39,970 bases of DNA from a virus, in IMG/VR virus record IMGVR_UViG_3300045988_068451, positions 1 through 39,970 of that record. One strand, written 5' to 3'. Positions within the stretch are counted from its first letter, which is position 1, and the number at the start of each line of letters is the position of its first letter. The notes under the pieces are model-generated. The model was given only the letters and a program-made list of their open reading frames with translations, was not told the DNA's origin and did not search any database. A program made the translations under genes and the position numbers. Of this stretch, positions 9,447-17,375 are shown one piece after another.

Positions 9447-9995
9447 TTATTTATCCGAGGTACTCAACCCCATTGCAGCCCTTAGTGACATAGTGTTTGC
9501 ATCCATACCCGTATTACCTCCACCTGTAGGAGCGGTAGGATTATGAATAGGTTCATCACTCCCGAAAAGGTATGAATTTTCCTTCTGACACGCCTCCAGA
9601 GCTGTCTTAATATCAGTGCTCCTGTCCTTGCTTGCCTTTAATGCCTCAATGTCAAGTAAGGCCCTAACAGCTTTCGCACTCTTTCCGCCTGCTGCATTGA
9701 TAGCACTCTCAAGAGTAGAGTCAAATTGCATATCCGCAATCTTGCCTTCATATTCAGCTTTGGAATCCTCATACTTCTTCTTGTAATCTTCAACCTGCGC
9801 TTTCACCTGGTCATAGTCCTTGAAGCTTTCAATAGTTGTATTTGCTTCCTGTAACTGTGTCTTTACCTGCTCAAGTTCTGCTTTTACCTGTGCTACTTCA
9901 CTCTTTGCAGCTTCAATATCATTGCCGTTCTCGGCCATAATGCTATCAATCTGCTCCTTTGTGAGTCCCATGTCTTCTAATGACTTTCTTTTCAT
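9447..9995 (-). CDS. Scaffolding protein (GP20-like), 182 aa from ATG 9995
   Basis: Highly charged coiled coil (MKRKSLEDMGLTKEQIDSIMAENG...) directly upstream of the capsid gene. Track ORF trimmed to the ATG behind the SD. Confidence 0.75.
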   Translation of the reverse strand: MKRKSLEDMGLTKEQIDSIMAENGNDIEAAKSEVAQVKAELEQVKTQLQEANTTIESFKDYDQVKAQVEDYKKKYEDSKAEYEGKIADMQFDSTLESAINAAGGKSAKAVRALLDIEALKASKDRSTDIKTALEACQKENSYLFGSDEPIHNPTAPTGGGNTGMDANTMSLRAAMGLSTSDK

Positions 9996-10081
9996 ATTTG
10001 TTCCTTTCCTCACTACACTTTTTACGAGTTCGCTCTCATGTGCTGACTGTTTTACGTCTAATCAACTGACAAAATTGTATT

Positions 10082-10112
10082 AAAAAAGCACCCTATTCAG
10101 GTGCTTTGATTT
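10082..10112 (-). terminator. Hairpin terminator (potentially bidirectional) between the MuF/micro-ORF block and the scaffold gene
   Basis: Minus sense AAAGCACC-TGAATAG-GGTGCTTT followed by TTTAAT. The plus sense also has flanking A/T runs. Confidence 0.6.
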
Positions 10113-10123
10113 TTAACAGGCGT

Positions 10124-10249
10124 CTATTCTTCTTCCCACTTTTTCATTTCTTTACATCGTTCTGTTTCTTTCTCTATATCCCTCTCGACCTCTTCCAGCG
10201 TTCTACCGGAATCAACTATCGGCCCATCATAATAGCTTAATCTTCTCAT
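10124..10249 (-). CDS. Small acidic protein, 41 aa (below track threshold)
   Basis: Manual translation MRRLSYYDGPIVDSGRTLEEVERDIEKETERCKEMKKWEEE. ATGA overlap with the MuF stop, with GGAGGA 5 nt upstream. Confidence 0.45.
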   Translation of the reverse strand: MRRLSYYDGPIVDSGRTLEEVERDIEKETERCKEMKKWEEE

Positions 10250-12006
10250 AACTTCCTCCACTTAATACCATAATCTATTTCGAACTGTTCCAATGCTTTT
10301 ATATTAGCTTCTACCCCATTAGTGTAACCCATCTTCGTGTATTTTTCAACTGTATCGTCAAACAACCTTGCTGAAAACGGTTTATTACCAACCTCATAGG
10401 TATATATATCCCCGTTGTGGCAAGCTATGACCCCCATTTTGTACCTGCGAAATCCGGCAGATGCAAAATCAGCCCCCGATGGTGGTATGTTCGTCGGGTG
10501 ATTGTGTATGCTAATCAAAGAATACGGTTGACTTTTACTTACCGCATTAAGTAAGCTTTTGTTGTATTCAACTTCATAATCTGAACTACTTGACGTTTGA
10601 GAGCCTACTATTTCACCTTTCGATTTATCCAAAAGATACATGTCTTCTAATCTTGTTCCATTGCGATGAATCAGCATAGCTTTTGCTCTCTGATATATGC
10701 TCTCGTTAACATCCTGATTATCTGTAATTGTTTTGAACTTTGCTTTATACTGTTTTGAATTAATAAATTTTAAATCAACCTTACTGCTATCTCCTGCTGC
10801 ACCCTTTTTAGATGATATTCCTCTTTCTGAGTTATTACCGACCCCGACTTTCAACCTCTCCAGCTGTTGCGGCAATCCCATAGCCTTAGAAAACTCTGTA
10901 TATAAAGCTTTAACAGATTGTAATTTACTTTGCTTTGCGATAAGCACATCTTTATCTACTTCCGCACGACTAAGCAATATTACATCCTGTTTTAGCTTTC
11001 TGATAGTCCTTTCAAGCTTTCTTTGATACTGCAAGGCATCATAAACAGTGTACTCTTTACCCTTAAACTCCTTAGGCGTATTCTCTTTTTTATTCTGTTC
11101 TTCAAGCCATTCATCTGTATATTTTCGCTTTGATATGCCTTTGATAAACGGCCACTTGATGTGATAGCAGTTAATACCGGCAAAGCCTAATATATCACCT
11201 TCACCGCATATAGTAATCATTTCCTGCTTTGAATATACTTTACCTTGCCATTCTTGGTGGTTTTCAATGCCTATGCCCTTATTTCTCGCTCCAGGGTGCC
11301 AATCGACTTCAAAGTAATCAGTATCCAACTTTTTTGCGTTGCTTTCATTGATTTGGTTAGTCATTTGCGCAACGCCTGTCATCAGAGCACGTCTTACAGC
11401 AACTTCTATGCGGTCTGTTTTACCCGAAGCATAGTTTACTACCCTAAGCCCGCTATTCGTCATCTCGTCAATCACAGAGCCTATAGCTTGGCTATATGTA
11501 TATGCTCCGCTTGCTATTCCTATAAGGCTTTTATCAAGGCTCTTTGCAAAGTAGTCGGATAATGGAGTAAATGCAAGTTTACCATTCTGCATAATATTAA
11601 AACCCGTTGTCTTTGTTATATTCTCAAATGGTTTTATATTGTCCTTCGTGTGCTCTCTGGTGGCATTTACTAATTGTTTCAGCCACTCATTATCTTCATA
11701 GGCTAAATACTCCCTGCCTACCTTAGTAAAAAGGTCCTTGCGCGTTATATAATCAGCCTCAACCGCCTTATCGTATATCTTGTCTATGTCGATATTGGCC
11801 TGCTCAAGCTTTTCTTTTAACAGCTTCTTTATGCTTGAACCATTGCGATCTAATACCGTAAGCCTGTCAAGCATATGTTCACCAACCGGCGCAATCTCAT
11901 AAGCCTTCTTAATTCGGTCTACTACTTCGCCCATTACTTCAAGCTCAAGCTTTGATATAGTACGTTCAAGCGGTTTAGGAAGCTTCTCCATCTCCTGCGG
12001 TGTCAT
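10246..12006 (-). CDS. Head morphogenesis protein (SPP1 gp7 / Mu F family) with a C-terminal JAB/MPN-like domain, 586 aa
   Basis: MuF core motifs HQEWQGKVYS and GINCYHIKWPF. The C-terminus has IHNHPTNIPPSGADF (an HxH..S..D metal site). Located right after the portal gene. Confidence 0.85.
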   Translation of the reverse strand: MTPQEMEKLPKPLERTISKLELEVMGEVVDRIKKAYEIAPVGEHMLDRLTVLDRNGSSIKKLLKEKLEQANIDIDKIYDKAVEADYITRKDLFTKVGREYLAYEDNEWLKQLVNATREHTKDNIKPFENITKTTGFNIMQNGKLAFTPLSDYFAKSLDKSLIGIASGAYTYSQAIGSVIDEMTNSGLRVVNYASGKTDRIEVAVRRALMTGVAQMTNQINESNAKKLDTDYFEVDWHPGARNKGIGIENHQEWQGKVYSKQEMITICGEGDILGFAGINCYHIKWPFIKGISKRKYTDEWLEEQNKKENTPKEFKGKEYTVYDALQYQRKLERTIRKLKQDVILLSRAEVDKDVLIAKQSKLQSVKALYTEFSKAMGLPQQLERLKVGVGNNSERGISSKKGAAGDSSKVDLKFINSKQYKAKFKTITDNQDVNESIYQRAKAMLIHRNGTRLEDMYLLDKSKGEIVGSQTSSSSDYEVEYNKSLLNAVSKSQPYSLISIHNHPTNIPPSGADFASAGFRRYKMGVIACHNGDIYTYEVGNKPFSARLFDDTVEKYTKMGYTNGVEANIKALEQFEIDYGIKWRKL

Positions 12007-12010
12007 TTGC

Positions 12011-13381
12011 TTACTCCTCAGTCAATACCGGCTCAGGTAAGTTCTTTTTAGCCTCTGATTCCGTCTCTCCGTACCACTTACAGCGATATTCTAAGAGCGA
12101 CATAACTCCCATAGCCACATCCTGCCTGTCCTGTTGCCTCTCTGTCTCTTCGTCTACAAGAATACTGTCCTTGAATGTGCATACAAATTCGTATCCAGTC
12201 TTTGTAAGCCCGTTATAAAATGCCAGGGCATACACTAAGTCTTCTAAGCAATCCTTTAAGTTGGACTGTATCGCCTTTACCCTGTTAAACTTACGTTTCT
12301 TTGCGATCTTCGCTTCTGTGGCCGTCTTATCCACATTGCTGACATCGGACAAATCTCCGTAAGATAAACAAGAGTTAAATTCTATTCTTCTAAGATATGC
12401 ATTCAAACCGCTTATAATGTTACTATCTCTAAATTCAGGACTGTATTCCTGGTATATATCGTCCCCATTACCCTTAGATAGGTTTAATGCCCTATATAAC
12501 CTTTCAGATAGCTTAGGCATCTTGAAAGTCTTATTACCTTCTTTGCCTATGATTGGCACGGCTTGCAGTGCTGTAATATCTACATGTACAGCTCTCTCAC
12601 CGCTTTCAAACTCCCAATCAAGTCTTGCAAATTGTGTATCTGTCATCTTTATGAGATTTATGGAGGTATCAAATACCGACACTCCACAAGGTGAATTGTC
12701 CACAGTATTCTTTATAGGGTTTCTGTAATACCCGAAATCAGGCTTTTCTACTCCTGTATAAAACACATCCTCAGGAAGGTTTGCCCACTCTTCTATATCT
12801 GTCAAAGCAATAGGTGAGCCAATGCTGTTACCGTCTGAAGACTTATAAGCTTTATTCTGTATCCTCAGTGTTTTATCTTCTTTCCATTCGTGGTATTCAA
12901 GCCTTATATAAAAAGTGCTTTCGCCTACTCTCTTAACCTGTATAAATACCACACTTGTAAGCCTATCTTTTGAGTTAAATGCAAGCGGTATAAATCTATC
13001 TGCTGTTATATACTCAACCGCATCACCCCCCAAAGGCTTTATACAAAAGGATCCTAACCCAAGCCCAAGCTGTAAGTTCTCATTCAGTGCCCTGATAGAC
13101 TCCTGAAATATTATATCGACCTGTTCAATTGATACACTCGCCTCCATCTCATTAAGGCATACATTAGCAAACTCCGTACAAATGCCCTGCTCTATCATCA
13201 AAGAACTTACTTTGTTATCAATCCAAGAGGCTTGACCGTTATACATAGCGTTCCATGTCTCTATTTTATTTATCATTGCTTGGCTGATAGCTATGTCCTG
13301 CCCTATCACCTGCTTTATAGTTTTTGAAGGAAACACTTTTCTAATCACCCCTCTTATCATTTCTATCAATCTGCTAAACAT
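12011..13381 (-). CDS. Portal protein (SPP1 gp6-like), 456 aa from ATG 13381
   Basis: Position after TerL and size. The N-terminal pattern (I..W...Y.G...W) is typical of this portal family. Start moved to the ATG 1 nt after the TerL stop. Confidence 0.85.
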   Translation of the reverse strand: MFSRLIEMIRGVIRKVFPSKTIKQVIGQDIAISQAMINKIETWNAMYNGQASWIDNKVSSLMIEQGICTEFANVCLNEMEASVSIEQVDIIFQESIRALNENLQLGLGLGSFCIKPLGGDAVEYITADRFIPLAFNSKDRLTSVVFIQVKRVGESTFYIRLEYHEWKEDKTLRIQNKAYKSSDGNSIGSPIALTDIEEWANLPEDVFYTGVEKPDFGYYRNPIKNTVDNSPCGVSVFDTSINLIKMTDTQFARLDWEFESGERAVHVDITALQAVPIIGKEGNKTFKMPKLSERLYRALNLSKGNGDDIYQEYSPEFRDSNIISGLNAYLRRIEFNSCLSYGDLSDVSNVDKTATEAKIAKKRKFNRVKAIQSNLKDCLEDLVYALAFYNGLTKTGYEFVCTFKDSILVDEETERQQDRQDVAMGVMSLLEYRCKWYGETESEAKKNLPEPVLTEE

Positions 13382-13382
13382 T

Positions 13383-14978
13383 TTACTGTCCTTTTTTCTT
13401 CCAGATTCGGTTAGTTGCATATCTTACCGCATCTATACAGTGGTCATTACCATCAGGATATCCGCTTATAACATTATCCTCTTTATCTCTCTCATATTCA
13501 TAGTCTAAAAACTCCTGTGCAGCCTCAGGACATCTGACATTATCAATGATTATCTCTTTTAAAGACTGCAGCCATTTGTATGAGTATTCTCTACTGCCCG
13601 GACCTTTTTCCGCTGCTCTTGCAAGTAGTCCATAAGCTTTGTAATCACCTATAGATTTATTCTCTGCACTATCACAAGTAATTATGTCATTGCCTGTAAT
13701 GCCCATCTCAATAAGTGTATTCGCTGTCTGTTCATTGCTTTGCTTGTTACAAGTGTACTCCTGCCAAATATATAGTTTATGCTGTGCAGGCTCATAATGA
13801 ACACGCACAAAAGCAAATAAATCAGGATACCAACCCCAGTCAACACCGTTTAGAATGTGGTCAAATTCCGCTATCTCTTCATCTGCTATCTGTCTTATAA
13901 CAACATTGTCAAATACCGAACCGCCTGCACCGTTGGCAACGCCCATATACTCAGTTTCATAAGCGTCGGGATTAGTTTCCTTCAAGAACTCTGCTTCTTC
14001 AAGGAACGGTTTGCCAAGCCACTTAGCAGGCACTTGTAAGTAGTTACTTTCTATTACCGTCCTTGACTCTTTAGGCACCTTTATATATTTATTAGCCCAG
14101 TTATTTGATGTCTTAGGCGGGTTAAATGACTTAAATATATAAGCAACATCGCCGCCACGAATAACAGACTGCTCTATCTTTCTGACTGATTCGGGTCCCG
14201 CAAACTGATCTAACTCCTCAAACCATAAAATGCCAATGTATCCGAACGGCACCTTTATAGACTTAATCTTACCCGGATCGTCCGCACCTCTGAAATATAT
14301 CTTTTGCCCTGTGCTTTTCCGTGTAATCTCCATAGGGCTAACAGTCGCATGAAACTCTTCTGTAAGGTCCAGAGCGTCTATTGCCCACATAATCTGTTGA
14401 TACACAGAACCTCTGAGCGTGTCCGCCACCTGTCGCATTACTACAGCGTGCATATTATCGTTACGCATTATCAAGTCTATAACTTGCAATGACACGAAAG
14501 AAGATTTTGTTGAACCTCTACCGCCAGGGAAAACGTATTCAGTGTAGTTGTGTTCATGTATATCAAACAATACAGGAGCAAATACAGGGGCCACCATGCT
14601 TGCAGGTATCCCTGTGTACTTTGTTCCTTGTGTGCTTGAATCATCAGGTTTTAATTTTTCGTTTTGTAGCTTTATCTGTTCTATCTTTATTTTCTGCTCT
14701 TTAATATCCAGTGCCGTCTTAGTCTGCCCTATTAGGTCCCTGACTTCTTTAAAGGCTGATACAGCATTTTTATTGCCCGGATCCGCCGCTATATCTATCA
14801 AAGACTTAATCATCATTTCAGATATATCACCCGTAATCATGCCCTCTGCTATCTTTCGCAAGTCCGCTTTTCTTCTACGGGCAACTCCTGAAGCTTTACC
14901 GCCTTTTCTGCCACTTTCTCTCGCTTCGTCCTCGCTTCGCTCACTAAACGGTATTAAGTTATCCTGCCCATTTGCCAC
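13383..14978 (-). CDS. terL: Terminase large subunit (PBSX-type) with a TerS-like N-terminal extension, 531 aa
   Basis: Walker A FPGGRGSTKSS and Walker B-like ILWFEELDQF, with a C-terminal nuclease half. The first 45 residues of an N-terminal extension of about 115-120 aa resemble small-terminase N-termini (NLIPFSERSEDEARESGRKGGKASGVARRRK). Confidence 0.9.
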   Translation of the reverse strand: MANGQDNLIPFSERSEDEARESGRKGGKASGVARRRKADLRKIAEGMITGDISEMMIKSLIDIAADPGNKNAVSAFKEVRDLIGQTKTALDIKEQKIKIEQIKLQNEKLKPDDSSTQGTKYTGIPASMVAPVFAPVLFDIHEHNYTEYVFPGGRGSTKSSFVSLQVIDLIMRNDNMHAVVMRQVADTLRGSVYQQIMWAIDALDLTEEFHATVSPMEITRKSTGQKIYFRGADDPGKIKSIKVPFGYIGILWFEELDQFAGPESVRKIEQSVIRGGDVAYIFKSFNPPKTSNNWANKYIKVPKESRTVIESNYLQVPAKWLGKPFLEEAEFLKETNPDAYETEYMGVANGAGGSVFDNVVIRQIADEEIAEFDHILNGVDWGWYPDLFAFVRVHYEPAQHKLYIWQEYTCNKQSNEQTANTLIEMGITGNDIITCDSAENKSIGDYKAYGLLARAAEKGPGSREYSYKWLQSLKEIIIDNVRCPEAAQEFLDYEYERDKEDNVISGYPDGNDHCIDAVRYATNRIWKKKGQ

Positions 14979-15032
14979 TCACCTCACCTTCCCATCTGTC
15001 TAATTCGGCAACAAAAAAGAAGGCTCTCACCT

Positions 15033-15659
15033 TCATACTCTAAATTTATCTTGATATGAACCGATAGCCACAATATTGTCCTTATCTTTGTCTATCCAGT
15101 CCGGTACATTTCCGTAAAATATTATCTTTTTAGGCTTTAAACATTTCTGCATTTCAGTATACCCGTCTAAGAACAATCTCTTTGCATCTCTATTCTTCAT
15201 ACACCCGACACTTGATATTGCCACAGTACCCCCGATAGGCTCCCCATCAAAGCACCATTCATAGCTGTCGTGGTCGCTCCATGCTATAGTCGGTATTACA
15301 TTTATGCCTAGGCTCTGCCAGTACGCCGCTAACCAATGCTTGCGATAGTGGTTATACATCTGCATTATTTTCGGATAATCAGTATATAGCGAAAAATCAG
15401 GACTCAGTACATACTTAAATTTCTTTAAGATATTTATGTACTTGTCAGGTTCTCTCCATACTCTAAAAAACTGATAGTCATCCAGAAAGAAATGCAGTCC
15501 CGTACTTTCAAACTCACCTTTGTAGCTTTTAGCATAGTTGAAAGATATCCAGTTCTTTACGCTGCCATACCCACAAGGCTCAATAGCCGGGATATCATAC
15601 TTGCCAACTACCTCAGGATAGAACTTATGCAGATTTTCCATAGTCTTTCTTTCCTGCAT
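15033..15659 (-). CDS. DUF4417-like protein, 208 aa
   Basis: Motifs HFFLDDYQFFRVW, SPDFSLY, YNHYRKHW and NVIPTIAW match my recollection of DUF4417. Needs HMM confirmation. Confidence 0.65.
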   Translation of the reverse strand: MQERKTMENLHKFYPEVVGKYDIPAIEPCGYGSVKNWISFNYAKSYKGEFESTGLHFFLDDYQFFRVWREPDKYINILKKFKYVLSPDFSLYTDYPKIMQMYNHYRKHWLAAYWQSLGINVIPTIAWSDHDSYEWCFDGEPIGGTVAISSVGCMKNRDAKRLFLDGYTEMQKCLKPKKIIFYGNVPDWIDKDKDNIVAIGSYQDKFRV

Positions 15660-15661
15660 AT

Positions 15662-16089
15662 CTATCCCCTACCACTTCTTTTAGCGTACCCCGTAAACCA
15701 TCTTTCAACTGATTTCGTCAACCTCTTTTGAGCCCTCTCATAAGTAGTTGATGTAATTTCTCTACTTGTAGCTTCCCCGTATCCGTTCGCAAATGTTTTC
15801 TTTTCCGCAGGCTCACTTTTTGCCTGTTTAGACCTCGCTTCCGCATCTGCTTTATATGCCTTGCTTAGCTTTTGAACAATATCATCTCTCTTTGATTTTG
15901 TAGCGTAATATTCTTTTCTCGCTTCTCTCGTCATTTGTCCGTCTTTATCCGTCTGCCTTACCAAGCTCGCCATCTTATCTCCAAGAGCTTTCTTTTGTGC
16001 CTCTAGGCTCTTTATAGAGCCCCCCCAGCACTTGCTCCGCCTCCGGCTCCTGCACCTGCTCCAGAACTTGCTGAACCTCTTCCGCCCAT
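15662..16089 (-). CDS. Gly-rich-N-terminus protein, paralog 2, with the reading frame broken at a G7 run
   Basis: SD-supported ATG at 16089 gives MGGRGSASSGAGAGAGGGASAGGAL-stop (to 16012). The body of the gene (SIKSLEAQKK...YAKRSGRG, to 15662) is in the -1 frame downstream of the G7 run at 16020-16026. Confidence 0.55.
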
Positions 16090-16119
16090 ATCGCAATCCT
16101 CTTTCATCCTTTCCAACTT

Positions 16120-16503
16120 TTACATAGCTGACCAATACGCTCTATGCCTATTTACTCCACGTCTTGAACTTCTTCCGCTTAACTCTTGTGCCTGTTTACG
16201 ACTATTCTCTATGTTTCTTTTACTCTCAGCTTCTAATTGTTTAGAACTAATCTTCTCTATTGTTGCGCCGTTGGCCTTTGCATTGGCCACAAGCTCCTTC
16301 AACGTATGCCCCGGCATTTCATCCATCGTGTCATACCTTCCAGCTTCCGCTTGGCTGTGCTTGTAGAGAACTCCGTTGTACTCCGTTAGTCTAACTTTTG
16401 TCTTGCCGTCAGCACTGGTAATTACTACGGTTCTTTCTTTACCGTTTGTAGCATTACCGCTACCACCGCCACCTCCCGAACTACCAGATCCTCTTCCACC
16501 CAT
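16120..16503 (-). CDS. Gly-rich-N-terminus protein, paralog 1, 127 aa
   Basis: Track ORF MGGRGSGSSGGGGGSGN.... SD AAAGGAGA upstream. First gene after the late leader. Function unknown. Confidence 0.7.
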   Translation of the reverse strand: MGGRGSGSSGGGGGSGNATNGKERTVVITSADGKTKVRLTEYNGVLYKHSQAEAGRYDTMDEMPGHTLKELVANAKANGATIEKISSKQLEAESKRNIENSRKQAQELSGRSSRRGVNRHRAYWSAM

Positions 16504-16549
16504 AAATATCTCCTTTTATCTTTTTCATGGTTATCCTCCCTTTGCATAC

Positions 16550-16585
16550 AAAAAAGACAGCCGCGCTTGACCACACATGACTGCC
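16550..16585 (-). terminator. Strand-specific hairpin plus U6 just upstream of the first late SD
   Basis: Minus-sense RNA GGCAGUC-16 nt-GGCUGUC (7 bp including two G-U pairs) followed by UUUUUU. It cannot form in the plus sense. Confidence 0.35.
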
Positions 16586-16631
16586 TTAATTGAAAAATAG
16601 CTTAAGAGGTTCATTACAACGATTTCCTCCG

Positions 16632-16666
16632 AAAAACTGAGAGCGGTAAAATGCCCACCCGCTCTC
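16632..16666 (-). terminator. Hairpin terminator downstream of the late regulator gene
   Basis: Minus sense GAGAGCGG-GTGGGCATTTTA-CCGCTCTC (8-bp GC-rich stem, extendable across a bulge) followed by AGTTTTTC. Confidence 0.55.
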
Positions 16667-16751
16667 ACGCCCTTAAAAGGAGGATCTTATGAAAAAGTGT
16701 GTACTTACTTAAACTTTTCACATGTACACTATATCACAGAAGCGGGAGGAA

Positions 16752-17165
16752 CTAACAGGAACTATTGTAAATTTCTTCAAATTTTTTCAAGGCCTTCTCG
16801 TGTATCTTACGCACCCACCTAGATGATATGTCTGTATTCTCAGCTACCTGTTCAAAGGTTAAGTTTGACACATAGTACATAGACAATACTGCTTTGTGCT
16901 TATTATTCTCCAGGCTATCTATAATCTGTGTAGCCTCTACCTTAAGGTCTACCAGCTTATCTATGTCGGCATTTATTTGTATCTCAAGCTCTGTAATCTT
17001 TATAACTGTGTTCTCTATTCCTCCGGATCCACTGCCCTGTACCCTCTCGCTTAGGTTACTTGTAACCTTAGTTGCTAATGCTCTTATTCGCTCTTTTTCA
17101 AGAAGCTTTGCATTTATGACATTATCAAGCGTCTTCAGCTGCCTTAAATATTCTTTTGCTGTCAT
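16752..17165 (-). CDS. DUF1492-type phage late transcriptional regulator (sigma region-4-like), 137 aa
   Basis: The pattern YL.QLK.LD..I..KL.E...RVQGSGSG...L..YYV..LTFEQVAE....S.RWV.KIHE.AL..FE is typical of this family in streptococcal and clostridial phages. Located just upstream of the packaging genes. Confidence 0.8.
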   Translation of the reverse strand: MTAKEYLRQLKTLDNVINAKLLEKERIRALATKVTSNLSERVQGSGSGGIENTVIKITELEIQINADIDKLVDLKVEATQIIDSLENNKHKAVLSMYYVSNLTFEQVAENTDISSRWVRKIHEKALKKFEEIYNSSC

Positions 17166-17168
17166 TAC

Positions 17169-17375
17169 TCACCTCCTGTATTTTACCTCTTCCCCATCTT
17201 TTGATCTGACTAGTATCCAATTTGGAAAGCCTTTTGCGTTATGCTCGTATGGTAAGTACCCGGACTTAACGATCTTTAGTCCCGTCTTATGAGTTTTTTC
17301 GCACTCCTCCGCTTTGCTCTTATCGTTATAGCTTGTTCCACACAGCTCACACGTATACACTGTTTTTATCTTCAT
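17169..17375 (-). CDS. Small C-x2-C ... C-x3-H zinc-ribbon-like protein, 68 aa (paralog of 18311..18529)
   Basis: MKIKTVYTCELCGTSYNDKSKAEECEKTHK.... It aligns along its whole length with the other copy. Confidence 0.6.
   Translation of the reverse strand: MKIKTVYTCELCGTSYNDKSKAEECEKTHKTGLKIVKSGYLPYEHNAKGFPNWILVRSKDGEEVKYRR

Noticed and set aside
16090-16135. Track N-terminus MVSYVKVGKDERGLRYG... of ORF 15662..16135
   Set aside because: No SD. It is the alternative-frame reading of the SD, ATG and Gly codons of the paralog-2 gene, which starts at 16089 in another frame.
16676-16712. Plus-strand AAAGGAGG followed by a 7-codon ORF (MKKCVLT) in the late leader
   Set aside because: It is too short to support, and the SD-like sequence is the complement of a pyrimidine-rich part of the leader. 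Noted only as a possible leader peptide on the wrong strand for the late transcript.
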